Part shown: piece by piece, positions 54,376-63,924 of the stretch
How the letters are laid out: each line of letters starts with the position of its first letter
How positions within the stretch are numbered: the stretch's first letter is position 1
From: Planctomycetota bacterium
GTDB taxonomy: Bacteria > Planctomycetota > UBA1135 > UBA2386
Length of the DNA stretch: 64,000 nt
Direction of reading: 5' to 3'
NCBI GenBank assembly: GCA_020638735.1
Contig: JACKHZ010000013.1
Span: forward strand, 277,694-341,693
Position numbers and translations under genes: made by a program
Notes under the pieces: generated by a model
What the model was told of the DNA's origin: nothing
The model's database searches: none
What the model saw: only the letters and a program-made list of their open reading frames with translations

Positions 54376-57354
54376 TCAGCGCGCCGGAGGGAAGGTCACG
54401 CGCCCGCCGTGCTCGTCGACGCGGACGCTCTGCCTGCGCGTGTTCCAGTAGCCGGCGATCTCGGCCCGGAGTTCGCCCGGCGGCACCGCGACCTCGAACT
54501 CCAGCTGTGGGCCGACGTGACCGTGGAACCACGTGTCGAGGTCGCGCCAGGCGAGCAGCGTACCGTCGGCGTCGCGAACCAGCAGCGTGTCGCTCCAGCA
54601 CATCTGCGCGCGCTGCTCGACGTCCAGCTCGACGACGACCCGCAGCGGTGACGCCGGCTCGAGCGCGAACGCCACCTCGGTCGCCGCACCGACGCCGACG
54701 TGCACCGGCGTCGGCGCGACACGCAAGCTGCGGCTGCTGCCGCGCAGTTCGTAGTCCCCGGCCGGCACCTCGGCGTGCGAGAACGAACCGTCGCGCCTGC
54801 GCCGCAGCACGAAGCTCTCACCGCGCCCGACCGCGAACAGCGCCAGCTGCAGGTCCTTGGGCGCTACCAGCTCACCCGCAGCCACCGCGTGCACGCGGTG
54901 CGGCGGCCCCATCGTGATCGTGCCGAGATCGACGTCGCCGCCGGCCGGCACCTCGAGGTCGTTCCACCGCACCGAGGGACGGCCCGTCACCGAGACGGTG
55001 GCCGTCAGGTGCCCCGGGGCGAACGGCCCGATCTCGAAGCGGCCGTTCTCGTCGCAGCGGGCCGTCGGCCCGGTCCATCGCAGTCGGCGCTGCACGACCA
55101 TGATCTGTGCGCGCAGCGGCTGACCGTTCTCGTCGACGACAAGACCGCGGACCCAGTGCCGCGACCGCGCGCGGTCCGGCACGACGACGTCGACGACGTT
55201 GCCGTCCGGCACGACAGCGGGCACGCGCCAGATCGCTAAGAACGGATGCAGCTCGTAGGCAGCGGCGTCGAACAACGCGACCTCGATCGGTCGATCGCCG
55301 GGCACGCGCCACGTCATCGCCTGTAGCGTCAGGCCGTCTTCGTCGGTCGGCACCGCCTGGCCGACAGGCATGCCGTTCGGGTCCGAGACCTGCACCCGCC
55401 ATCCCGCCAGCGGCGCACCGCGCTCGTCGCGCAGCCGCACGCGCAGCGGCAGCAGCGCCGGCGCCGCGGCGTCCCAGGTCGACGGCCGGCCGCTGCGCAG
55501 CTCGATCACTTCGCGCACGTCCGCGTCGCCGATGTCGGCCGTGACCACCCACATGCCCGGCAGCAAGCCGTCGAACGAGAACACGCCGCGTCCCCACGAG
55601 CGCAGCGACCGTTCGCAGAACGGGAACGCGTGCGCGCCGTCCGCCAGCATGCGCAGCGAGACCTGTGATCCGCCCGCCGGCGCGCCGTCGGCGCGGGTCG
55701 TCGTGCCCTGCAGCGACGCGCCTTCGTCGACACGCACCTCGATCGGCGCGCTGCTCGGCAGGTCCAGTCGCACCATGCCGATGCGCTGTCGGTCTCCGTC
55801 GACGACCCGGGCGACCACCGCGACGTGCCCCGGTGACAGCCAATCCAGCACGAACGAACCGTCCGCCGCGGTGCGGTCGTACCACGGCTCCGGGATGTCG
55901 CTGCCGAACGAGATCGTGCCGAGCTCGGCGGCGACGGGCTCGCCGCGTTCGTCGACCACCCTGCCGCGCAGCTGCGGACCAGCTGCGCCGAGGCGCAGGC
56001 GACACTTCAGCACGCCGTCGACGACGCTCGTGTTCGTCCACGCCGACACGGCGTGACCGGAAGCCCGCGCCCGCAGCTGCGGTGCGCGCTGACCACGGCG
56101 ACGCAACACGCCGTCGACCCCGGTGACGCCCAGCGGCGTCATGTGCCGATATGCCCCCTGGGTGGCGTTGCCCTCCACCTCGGCGCCGACGACCGGTGCG
56201 CCGAGCGCGTCGACCACGGTCACCTGCAGTGGTGTCTCGGCCGGGACCTGCACCTCGAGCTCGTGATGGAACGTCGCCGGAACGGGGTTGGGGTACCAGA
56301 TGCCTTGTGCTTCGGTGCCGCTGACGAACACCTCGTAGGTCGTCGCGTGCGCACAGTCCTCGAACGTCACGTCCCCGCTGGCGTCGGTGTCGAGGCAGCG
56401 GACGTCGTCGCCGTGGACCAGCATGACCACCTCACCGGCCTCCACCACCGGCTCGTCGGCGTGGCGAACGTGCACGGTGATCGCGCGGCGCGGCCGCGCC
56501 TCGACCGGCGGCGCGATCACCGGCGGCGGCGGCAGTTCGACCGCGTCCCGCTGACCGACCGTCGTCACCGGCTCGGCCTCGGCGCTCGCCGGAGCGACCG
56601 CAACCGCGCCCGCCGCGGCGGGCGGCGCCAGACGTTCGGGCCGCCACAGCATCGCGACGGCGGCGATCGCGACGACCGCCGTCGCAGCCGCCGCGACGCG
56701 CATCAACCGATGCGGCACCACAGGCTTCGCCGGCACCCGCGTCAGCAACGTGTCGCGCATCGCGTCGAGCCGCGTCGCCGACAGCGCCATCGCGCCTGCC
56801 GTCGTCGCCAGCCCGGCCGGCAACAGCGCGCGCAGCCGGTCGAGCCCGCGCACGATCTGCGTTCGCACGGTGCCCGCCGGCCGCCCGAGCGTCGCGCCGA
56901 TCTCGGCCGCGGTCAGGCCGTGCTGCACGTGCAGCCCGACCGCCTCGCGGAACGGCGACGGCAGCTCGGCGAGCGCGTTCTTCAGCAGCTCGGCGAACTC
57001 GCCGTCGACGCTGCCGCGCACCGGGTCGTCGCCGGCCAGCAACGTCTCCAGCTGCGCCGCCCCGGTCATCTGTCGCCGCGCCGTGCGCTGCATGGTGCGC
57101 GCGTGGTTGGCGAGCACGCCGAGCAGCCACGGCAGCAGCGGCCGCGCCGGATCCCACCGGTCGGCGTGCGTCATCGCCGTCAGCCAGGTGGTCTGCAGCA
57201 GGTCCTCGGCGCGGTGCTGGTCGCCGCCGGCGAGGTAGCAGGCGACGCGACCGAGCTCCGGCGCGGTGCGGTCGAAGACCCCAGCCAGCGCGCGCGCATC
57301 GCCGCGCTGACGGAAGTCGAGGAACAGGGATTCGACGGTGGCAGGAGTCTTCAC
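54376..57354 (-). CDS. membrane-tethered ECF sigma factor fused to a TM helix and a CarboxypepD_reg-like ectodomain array (paralogue 2)
   Basis: 992 aa with a GTG start. Sigma-2 region: LGRVACYLAGGDQHRAEDLLQTTWLTAMTHADRWDPARPLLPWLLGVLAN. Sigma-4 region: VGLHVQHGLTAAEIGATLGRPAGTVRTQIVRGLDRLRALL. TM helix: VAAAATAVVAIAAVAML. Repeats include LRGRVVDERGEPVAAEL, VRLRDERGAPLAGWRVQV..TDEDG and VRGLVVDENGQPLRAQIMVV...CDENGRFEIGPFAPG. Confidence 0.85.
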   Translation of the reverse strand: MKTPATVESLFLDFRQRGDARALAGVFDRTAPELGRVACYLAGGDQHRAEDLLQTTWLTAMTHADRWDPARPLLPWLLGVLANHARTMQRTARRQMTGAAQLETLLAGDDPVRGSVDGEFAELLKNALAELPSPFREAVGLHVQHGLTAAEIGATLGRPAGTVRTQIVRGLDRLRALLPAGLATTAGAMALSATRLDAMRDTLLTRVPAKPVVPHRLMRVAAAATAVVAIAAVAMLWRPERLAPPAAAGAVAVAPASAEAEPVTTVGQRDAVELPPPPVIAPPVEARPRRAITVHVRHADEPVVEAGEVVMLVHGDDVRCLDTDASGDVTFEDCAHATTYEVFVSGTEAQGIWYPNPVPATFHHELEVQVPAETPLQVTVVDALGAPVVGAEVEGNATQGAYRHMTPLGVTGVDGVLRRRGQRAPQLRARASGHAVSAWTNTSVVDGVLKCRLRLGAAGPQLRGRVVDERGEPVAAELGTISFGSDIPEPWYDRTAADGSFVLDWLSPGHVAVVARVVDGDRQRIGMVRLDLPSSAPIEVRVDEGASLQGTTTRADGAPAGGSQVSLRMLADGAHAFPFCERSLRSWGRGVFSFDGLLPGMWVVTADIGDADVREVIELRSGRPSTWDAAAPALLPLRVRLRDERGAPLAGWRVQVSDPNGMPVGQAVPTDEDGLTLQAMTWRVPGDRPIEVALFDAAAYELHPFLAIWRVPAVVPDGNVVDVVVPDRARSRHWVRGLVVDENGQPLRAQIMVVQRRLRWTGPTARCDENGRFEIGPFAPGHLTATVSVTGRPSVRWNDLEVPAGGDVDLGTITMGPPHRVHAVAAGELVAPKDLQLALFAVGRGESFVLRRRRDGSFSHAEVPAGDYELRGSSRSLRVAPTPVHVGVGAATEVAFALEPASPLRVVVELDVEQRAQMCWSDTLLVRDADGTLLAWRDLDTWFHGHVGPQLEFEVAVPPGELRAEIAGYWNTRRQSVRVDEHGGRVTFPPAR

Positions 57355-57435
57355 GGCGTTCTGCCCCTGCTTGCCGGAGCCCGCGCCAGTGCGCCCGGCA
57401 ACTGCGGAATTCTCGCCGCGACGCGGCGCGCGAGT

Positions 57436-57861
57436 CTACCGCGGCGCGCGGAGCACCAGGTTGTCGCCGCGCACGACGAACACCGCCTCGTCGCGCGGCA
57501 GCAACCGCCCGGGGGCGATGAGCGTCCGGCCGACGTCGTAACTCGCCACGACCTTGCCGCCGGCGACGAACACCAACAGCTGGTACTCGTCGAAGTTCTG
57601 CTGCTGCGATCGCGCTGCCCCGCCCCAGGCGATGCCGATCGCCCGGTCGACGTCTTCCGGCGACTGGTAGGGCGTCGCGACGTACATCGCGTCCCAGTCG
57701 AAGCCGGCCAATTGGTCCATGCGCACCTCGGCGCCTTCGTGCTTCTTCACCGCCGCGCGCAGCACGTCGTCGAGGCGCAGCCGGCCCTGCCACCACACGG
57801 CCGCGCCGCCGAGCAGCACGACGCCGACGAAGGCCAGGGTGCCGAGCCTAGAACGCGCCAA
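57436..57861 (-). CDS. hypothetical small membrane-anchored protein
   Basis: 141 aa with an N-terminal TM helix (LGTLAFVGVVLLGGAAVWW). The soluble domain has normal composition (DQLAGFDWDAMYVATPYQSPEDVDRAIGIAWGG...YQLLVFVAGGKVVASYDVG). Its start overlaps the 3' end of the upstream propeller gene by 14 nt. Confidence 0.6.
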   Translation of the reverse strand: MARSRLGTLAFVGVVLLGGAAVWWQGRLRLDDVLRAAVKKHEGAEVRMDQLAGFDWDAMYVATPYQSPEDVDRAIGIAWGGAARSQQQNFDEYQLLVFVAGGKVVASYDVGRTLIAPGRLLPRDEAVFVVRGDNLVLRAPR

Positions 57862-59299
57862 CGGTCAGGCTCAGCGCGTTGGTCGCGGTGATCGGGCCGA
57901 AGTCGAGCGTCGGCGTGACCTCGAACGACACCCACTGCTCGCGCAGCTCGACACCTGCCAGCGCCGGGTCGTCCGGCAGCGTCAGCGTCGACGACGCCGA
58001 GCCGCCGCTCGGCAGCAGCACGCCGATCACATCGGGCGCCGCCTGCAGCACGCAGCCGGGCACACCGGTCGCGAACACCGCGTCGAGGCCGACCGACACC
58101 GGCGAGAAGCCGTGCACGACGACGACGATCGACGACGACGGCAGACCGCTGCCAGTCGTCTCGACGACGCCGCCGGTCCACGGCAGCGACGCCGTGATCG
58201 CGCCCTGGCACGCGCCGCCGAGGTCGGCGACGAGCGCTTCGCAGGTCGTCGTCAGTCCCATCACCGACGGCAGCTGCACGCCGCCCGCGCCGAAGAACTG
58301 ACCGCCGGCGGCGACGTCGCCGTCGGGCATGACCAACAGGTCGTTGCACGCGCCGGACGTCGCCGGCCCGATCGGCGTCCACGTCGTGCCGTCGAAGCGC
58401 TTCAGCGAACCCGAGATGCCGCCGGTGACGAGATCGCCGTCGGGCAGCGCCACGACGACGGTCTGGTAGTCGAAGTTGCCAGGCACGATCGCCCACGTCG
58501 CGCCGTCCCAGACGAACGTGTCGGCGTTGGCGGCGACCAGCGAGCCGTCGGCGCGCGCGGCGAGGTCGCGCACGGTGCTCGACAGCCCGCTGCCGAACGC
58601 GACCCACGCGCTGCCGTTCCACCGCGCGACCTTGCCGGCCATGACGCCGCCGATCTGCGAGAAGCTGCCGCCGGCGACGAGCTCGCCGCCGGGCAGCTGC
58701 GCGAACGCGCGCACGTCGCCGTTGGCGCCGGCGCCGAACGCCGACCAGGCGCCTCCGTCCCAGCGGGCGATGTTGGCCGCGGCGGTGCCACCGGCCATGT
58801 TGAAGAACCCGCCGACGACGAGGTCCCCGTTCGGCAGCTCGTTCAGCGCGTAGACGTAGGCCACCAGCGAGCTGAACGTCACGCCGCCGCCCACCGCCGA
58901 CCACGACGCGCCGTCGAAGCGCGCCAGCCGGTTGACGGTCACGCCGTCGATCGTCGTGAACTCACCGCCGACCACGAGGGCGCCGTCGGACGTGGCGAGC
59001 ATGCACAGCGGGCGGCCGTTGGTCGTGCCGAGCGTCGTCCACGACGAGGACTGTTCGTCCCATTGCACGACCGCGCCGCTGGTCCCCGCGCCGCGCCCGG
59101 CGACGAGCTGCGCCGTCAGCGGTCCAGCGCCGTCGGCGTCCCAGGCGGCCATCGACCAGACCTGCGTCGAGGCGGTGTCGAACGGACCATCGGTCCGCCA
59201 CTGCGTCGTGCACTGCGCCACGACGGAGGTCGCGAACGCCGAGGTGGCGGCCGCGCACGCCAACGTTCGCAGCAGATTGCCGGGCGGGATCAGGAGCAT
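57848..59299 (-). CDS. secreted beta-propeller repeat protein (paralogue of 6744..9158) with shared C-terminal domain
   Basis: 483 aa with signal peptide MLLIPPGNLLRTLACAAATSAFATSVVAQ. Blades include ARFDGASWSAVGGG, IARWDGGAWSAFGAG, VARWNGSAWVAFGSGL and KRFDGTTWTPIGP. The C-terminus is ...STLTLPDDPALAGVELREQWVSFE....GPITATNALSLTVGAF. Confidence 0.85.
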   Translation of the reverse strand: MLLIPPGNLLRTLACAAATSAFATSVVAQCTTQWRTDGPFDTASTQVWSMAAWDADGAGPLTAQLVAGRGAGTSGAVVQWDEQSSSWTTLGTTNGRPLCMLATSDGALVVGGEFTTIDGVTVNRLARFDGASWSAVGGGVTFSSLVAYVYALNELPNGDLVVGGFFNMAGGTAAANIARWDGGAWSAFGAGANGDVRAFAQLPGGELVAGGSFSQIGGVMAGKVARWNGSAWVAFGSGLSSTVRDLAARADGSLVAANADTFVWDGATWAIVPGNFDYQTVVVALPDGDLVTGGISGSLKRFDGTTWTPIGPATSGACNDLLVMPDGDVAAGGQFFGAGGVQLPSVMGLTTTCEALVADLGGACQGAITASLPWTGGVVETTGSGLPSSSIVVVVHGFSPVSVGLDAVFATGVPGCVLQAAPDVIGVLLPSGGSASSTLTLPDDPALAGVELREQWVSFEVTPTLDFGPITATNALSLTVGAF

Positions 59300-59420
59300 G
59301 GGACTGGCGAGCAGGTAGAGGGACGGGGGAACAGTCTAGGCGAGCGGCGCAGACCTGCGCGGTGGCTCGACGCCATCGCCAGTTGTCTGGACGCCGCGGG
59401 CGGGTTGCGCAAAAGCAGCC

Positions 59421-62400
59421 TCACGGCAGACGCAGCGGCGAAAGCGCCATGCCAGCGGGCATCGGCAGGGTGACGTTCACCCGCACCGGCGCTCCGCCGG
59501 GCAACCTCGCCGAGACGGTGTAGTCACCGGGGGGCAGCACGACCTGCAGTCCAGACTCCCGGTCGGCGGGCTGGCTGCGGCCCCGCACGCTGACGTAGCG
59601 ACGCAAGGCGCCCTCGCCTTCGATCTGCCACATCACCTTGAAGTCGACGCGCGGCACCGTCGGCACGGCGAACATCCGCAGCGTCGCGCCGCGCTCGACG
59701 ACGGCGAACGCGACCTCGTTGACCCGATCCGGCGCCACCTCGACGAGGCGCTGATCGACGTAGCCCGCTTCCTGAACGAGCAGCAGCCGATAGCGGCCCG
59801 CCGGCAGCACCAGCTCACCGACCGGTTCGCGCAGGCGGCAGAGACCGAACATCGGGCCCAGCTCGTCGGCGTAGGCATAGACCTCGGCCGGCGCCCCGGC
59901 GCTGGCGCTCGGGGCGAGGATGCGGACCGTGCAATCGGTGTCCGCGTCCACCACGCCCAGGTCCTGTTCGTCGTCGGCGCGCAGCGTCACGTCGCGACGC
60001 AGCGTGATGCGGCGCAGGCCGGCGATCAGGTGGTATTCACCCGGCGGCGCCACGAACGAGAAGCCGCCGTCGGCGGCGACCGGGGCGTAGACGGCTTCGC
60101 CCGAATCGCGCTCGAAGAGGCCGACCTGCTTCTCCTGCAGCCGCGCGAGCCGTCCCCGCAGCGTCGCCGTCGGCCGTCGCGCGGGCGGCAGCCGCAGCAC
60201 GACGTCGTCGCCGGGTCGCGCGCCGAAGTGGCGCAGCAGCACCATCGCCGCCGGATCACGACCGAGCTGCAGCAGCAACTCGAAGCGTCGGTCCGTCAGC
60301 CCTTCGAGCACGAACGCGCCGCGCTCGTCGAGCTCCGCGAAGAACGGGCGACTGGCCACGGCGCGGGCGCAGACGAGGCCGCCGCAGAAGGGCCGGCCCG
60401 CTTCGTCGAGCACGACGCCACGCACGACCCCTCGCTCGCCGAACGTCGGCGACCATGACAGCTCGGCTCCGTCGGCGACGACCAGTTCGCGTTCGACGTG
60501 CTCGCCGCGCGACGACTGCGCCTGCAGCAACACGTCGCCTTCGGGCACACCGCGAAGCTCGTAGCTGCCGTCCGCGCGGGCGACGCAGGTCGGCCAGAAC
60601 CAGGTCGGCGCGCGCGCGCCGACGTCCGCGCCGAGTTCGATGGCGCGCGCCATCGCCGCCGCCGTCCCACCCTGGCGCGGACCATCGGGCGCGCCGTCCT
60701 CGCGGGTGGCAGCGAGCCCGCCGAACACACCGCCGCAGACCGCGCCGTCGCGCAGCTCGACCTTCACCGTCGTACCGAGGTGTCCCGGCTCCACCGTCAC
60801 CACGGCGGGCGCGAGCCCCGCCGCGCGCACGAACAGCTGCATCGCGCGGTCGAGGGGTGCCTGCCGGCACGTCGCGACGCCGCGTCCGTCGGTGCGGCCG
60901 AGCCACGGCAGGCGCATCGCGCGCGTCTTGTCGTTCTCGTCGGCGAACGCGTTCGCCAGCGCGCCGCCGAGCTGCAGCGACGCGCCGACCACCGGTCGGC
61001 CGCGCCCGTCGAGCACCTCGACTCCGAACTCGCCGGCCGCATCGCCGAGCTGCAGCTCCATCTCCTCGCCGTCGCCGACGCGCGGCACCTGCCGCAAGCC
61101 GCTCGACAACACGCCGTCGAGGCGCGCCTCGAGGTAGCGGCCGCGCGTCGCGCCCGGCACGCGGAACGCGCCGTGATCGTCGGTCGCAGCCACCGGTAGA
61201 CGCAGCTCGAAGCTGTCGGCGAACGTCGAGTAGACGATCGCGCCGCTGACGCCGACGCCGCGCGCATCGACGACGCGCCCGCTGACGTCGACGCCGTCGG
61301 CCATCGGCACCGCGACCGTCACGTCCGGCCGATCGACGACGAACGACACTTCGTCGCCGCGGTTGGCCTGCAGCTGGTAGAGGCCGTAGGGCACGCCGAG
61401 GATCGTGTGCTCGCCGCGCTCGTTGGCGACGACGGGCAGCGCCGCGACGAACGCGTCCGGGTCGGTCGGCACCGTGACGTAGCCGTTCCACGAGAACGGC
61501 GCCGCCGCGAACTCGCCGACCAGATGCACGGTCGCGGTCGGCGCCTCGCTCGCAGGCTGCGGCGCCGCCGGCTCGCGCGCCGCGTCACGCCCCGGCGACG
61601 GCGCCTCGACGACCTCCTTCGCGGCCGTGCCCTTCGCGACCACGCCCTGCGCGGCGACGTCGACGCTGGCCGGCGCGCCGGTACCCGGAGCCGCGTCGGG
61701 CCACCACGCCATCGCGACGACGAGCGCCACTGTCGTCGCGCCCGACGCGACCACCCAACGCAGCCACGGAACACCGCGGGCGCTGGCCATGCCGGTGGCA
61801 GCCGCCCCGAGGGCCGCGGACGCCGATGCGCTGCCCGCCGCGGCGAGGTGCCGCGCGCCCTCCGCGACCACCGCTTCGCGAACGTGCAGGAGGCTGTCCA
61901 TGCCGCGCAGCAGCGCGCCGAACGCGACCGTCATGCTCGCCGGAAGCCGTCGCCGCACGACCTCGAGGCTGCGGTGGATCCAGCTCTTGACGGTGCCGAC
62001 CGGCCGCGACGTCGCGTGCGCGATCTCGGTCGGCGTCATGCCGTGCACGAGGTTCAGCGTCATCACCTCGCGCTGCGGCACCGGCAGGCCGGCGATCGCT
62101 TCGTTGAGCGAGGCGACGAACTCTGCTTCGATCGCCGCGTCGCTCGGCTGTCGCGAGGTCGGCGATGGCTCGTATTCGCTGCCGGTGACCTCGCGTGCGC
62201 GACGGCGCCGGTCGTTGCGCGTGACGTTGACCAGGATGCCGACCAGCCACGGCTCGAGCGGCCGTTCGCCGTCGTAGCGGTCGGCGCGCTGGATGGCGGT
62301 CAGGAACGTCTCCTGCAGCAGGTCCTCGGGCTGTTGCTGCTTGCCGGCGACGTGGCTGGCCACCAGCAGCAGCTGCTGCGCGACCAGATCGAACACCTGC

Positions 62401-62471
62401 GCGAGCGCGGCGGTGTCGCCTTCGTCGCGGAAGCGGAGGAAGGCCAGGCGGGCGTCCGGTCGGATCTGCAT
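59421..62471 (-). CDS. membrane-tethered ECF sigma factor fused to a TM helix and a CarboxypepD_reg-like ectodomain array (paralogue 3)
   Basis: The preferred ATG at 62471 gives MQIRPDARLAFLRFRDEGDTAALAQVFDLVAQQLLLVASHVAGKQQQPEDLLQETFLTAIQRADRYDGERPLEPWLVGILVN. Sigma-4 region: VMTLNLVHGMTPTEIAHATSRPVGTVKSWIHRSLEVVRRRL. TM helix: WVVASGATTVALVVAMAWW. Repeats include VSGRVVDARGVGVSGAIVY...TDDHGAFRVPG, VVRGVVLDEAGRPFCGGLV and others. The 97 upstream codons of the track ORF look non-coding. Confidence 0.85.
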   Translation of the reverse strand: MQIRPDARLAFLRFRDEGDTAALAQVFDLVAQQLLLVASHVAGKQQQPEDLLQETFLTAIQRADRYDGERPLEPWLVGILVNVTRNDRRRRAREVTGSEYEPSPTSRQPSDAAIEAEFVASLNEAIAGLPVPQREVMTLNLVHGMTPTEIAHATSRPVGTVKSWIHRSLEVVRRRLPASMTVAFGALLRGMDSLLHVREAVVAEGARHLAAAGSASASAALGAAATGMASARGVPWLRWVVASGATTVALVVAMAWWPDAAPGTGAPASVDVAAQGVVAKGTAAKEVVEAPSPGRDAAREPAAPQPASEAPTATVHLVGEFAAAPFSWNGYVTVPTDPDAFVAALPVVANERGEHTILGVPYGLYQLQANRGDEVSFVVDRPDVTVAVPMADGVDVSGRVVDARGVGVSGAIVYSTFADSFELRLPVAATDDHGAFRVPGATRGRYLEARLDGVLSSGLRQVPRVGDGEEMELQLGDAAGEFGVEVLDGRGRPVVGASLQLGGALANAFADENDKTRAMRLPWLGRTDGRGVATCRQAPLDRAMQLFVRAAGLAPAVVTVEPGHLGTTVKVELRDGAVCGGVFGGLAATREDGAPDGPRQGGTAAAMARAIELGADVGARAPTWFWPTCVARADGSYELRGVPEGDVLLQAQSSRGEHVERELVVADGAELSWSPTFGERGVVRGVVLDEAGRPFCGGLVCARAVASRPFFAELDERGAFVLEGLTDRRFELLLQLGRDPAAMVLLRHFGARPGDDVVLRLPPARRPTATLRGRLARLQEKQVGLFERDSGEAVYAPVAADGGFSFVAPPGEYHLIAGLRRITLRRDVTLRADDEQDLGVVDADTDCTVRILAPSASAGAPAEVYAYADELGPMFGLCRLREPVGELVLPAGRYRLLLVQEAGYVDQRLVEVAPDRVNEVAFAVVERGATLRMFAVPTVPRVDFKVMWQIEGEGALRRYVSVRGRSQPADRESGLQVVLPPGDYTVSARLPGGAPVRVNVTLPMPAGMALSPLRLP

Positions 62472-62559
62472 GGTGGGCGAACCCCGATAGTCGCCGCAGC
62501 GCGTCCCGGTTGCAGGAACTTCGCCGGCGGCGCGAGGCGAGGGTCTAGGATGCGCGACC

Positions 62560-63846
62560 ATGGTCATCCCGCCCATCCCCCGGCACCTCGCGAAGCTGTC
62601 GGTCTCGCTGCTGCTGCCGGTGTTCGCGTCGGCCCAGGACGATCCGACCGCGGACTCGACGATCCCGTGGCAGCAGGACCTCGCCGCCGCGCGCGCGCAG
62701 GCCGCCGAACGCCACGCGCCGCTGTTCGTCGTCTTCCGCTGCGAGCGTTGAAGGGACTGCAACGCCTTCTACGGCCAGTTGGGCCGTGAATCCGAGCTGG
62801 ACACCGCCGCCGCCGACTACGTGCCGGTGCGCATCACCAACCTCGCTGAGCTCGACGTCGCCAACCTGCGCTTCGACTTCGACCTGACGTTCGCGGCGGT
62901 GCTGATGCACGCCGACGGCACGGTCTACCACCGCTACGGCAGCCGCGGCCCCGACGCCGCCGACGGCTACCTGTCGCTGTCGTCGCTGGCGCAGCTGCTG
63001 CGCGACACGCTGCCCGAGCACCGTGAGTACGACCGCGCGCCGAAGCCGCCCGCGCCGGCCGCGGCGCAGCGCGCGATCGAGCTGCCGTGGCTGCAGCAGC
63101 GCCTCGCCGCCGGCCAGAAGATCGACTGCGTGCACTGCCACACCGTCAACGACGCCGAGTTCCGCGGCCGCGGCGAGCGCTTCGCGCCCGACGACGACGA
63201 CGTCTACCGCTTCCCCGATCCGGCGCGCGTCGGCATCTCGCTCGACCGCGAACACCAGCGCCGCGTCACCGCCGTGCGCGACGGCTCGCCCGCAGCGGAG
63301 GCCGGCATCGTCGCCGGCGACGAACTGCTCGCGCTCGGCGCGCAACGCTCGGTGCGCACGCTCGCCGACGTGCAGTGGGCGCTGCACCACGCGCCCGCCG
63401 CCGGCGGTGCGCTGCCGATCGCGTGGCGGCGCGACGGCGCCGAGCAGCATTCGGTGCTGACCTTGCCCGCGGGCTGGAAGCGCTGCGATCCCGCCGACTT
63501 CGCGTGGCGACCCTACAAGTGGAACCTGTCGCCGGCGCCCGGCTTCGGCGGCCCCGCGCTGACCGCCGCGGAGAAGCGCCGGCTCGGCGTCGCCGACGAC
63601 CGCTTCGCGTTCCGCGTCAACTACCTCGTCGACTGGGGCGACCGCGCCAACCGCGGCAAGGCCGCGCGCGCGGCCGGCCTGCAGAAGGGCGACGTCGTCG
63701 TGTCGTTCGCCGGCAAGGACGACTTCGCGTCCGTCGAGCACTTCCACGCCTGGGTCCGGCTGACGCGCGCCGTCGGCGAGCAGGTCGAGCTCGTCGTGCT
63801 GCGCAACGGCGAACGGCACACGCTGCGCTACGCGTTGCCGCGCTGA
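62560..63846 (+). CDS. secreted thioredoxin-fold + PDZ-domain protein with an in-frame TGA (62749-62751) at the first position of the redox motif: candidate selenoprotein (UxxC), otherwise a nonsense-mutated pseudogene
   Basis: Track ORFs 62560..62751 and 62779..63846 are in the same frame and separated only by this TGA. The first piece has the signal peptide (MVIPPIPRHLAKLSVSLLLPVFASAQ) and the start of the Trx fold (IPWQQDLAAARAQAAERHAPLFVVFRCER). The read-through gives FRCER-U-RDCNAFYGQ, which aligns with FWAEW-C-GPCKMM of thioredoxins. The second piece has no signal peptide and only a TTG start. PDZ-like segments follow (VTAVRDGSPAAEAGIVAGDELLALG; AARAAGLQKGDVVVSFAG). Confidence 0.7.
62770..62788 (+). 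promoter_or_regulatory. candidate bacterial SECIS-like hairpin downstream of the in-frame TGA at 62749
   Basis: UACGGCC-AGUUG-GGCCGUG forms six Watson-Crick pairs plus one G-U pair, with a 5-nt loop that has G at loop position 2. The loop begins 25 nt after the UGA. No U-tract follows. Confidence 0.45.
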
Positions 63847-63924
63847 CGCGTCGGCGCTTCACGGGGGAATGCTCCTGGGCGGCGCGGCGCCGGTGCTAGA
63901 CTCGTCGCGCGCCTGCGCAACGCC

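Noticed and set aside
63120-63140. CVHCH (CxxCH) in the Trx-PDZ protein as a c-type heme attachment site
   Set aside because: This is a single occurrence outside any recognisable cytochrome fold. CxxCH arises by chance and also occurs in metal-binding sites. It cannot be supported without homologue conservation.
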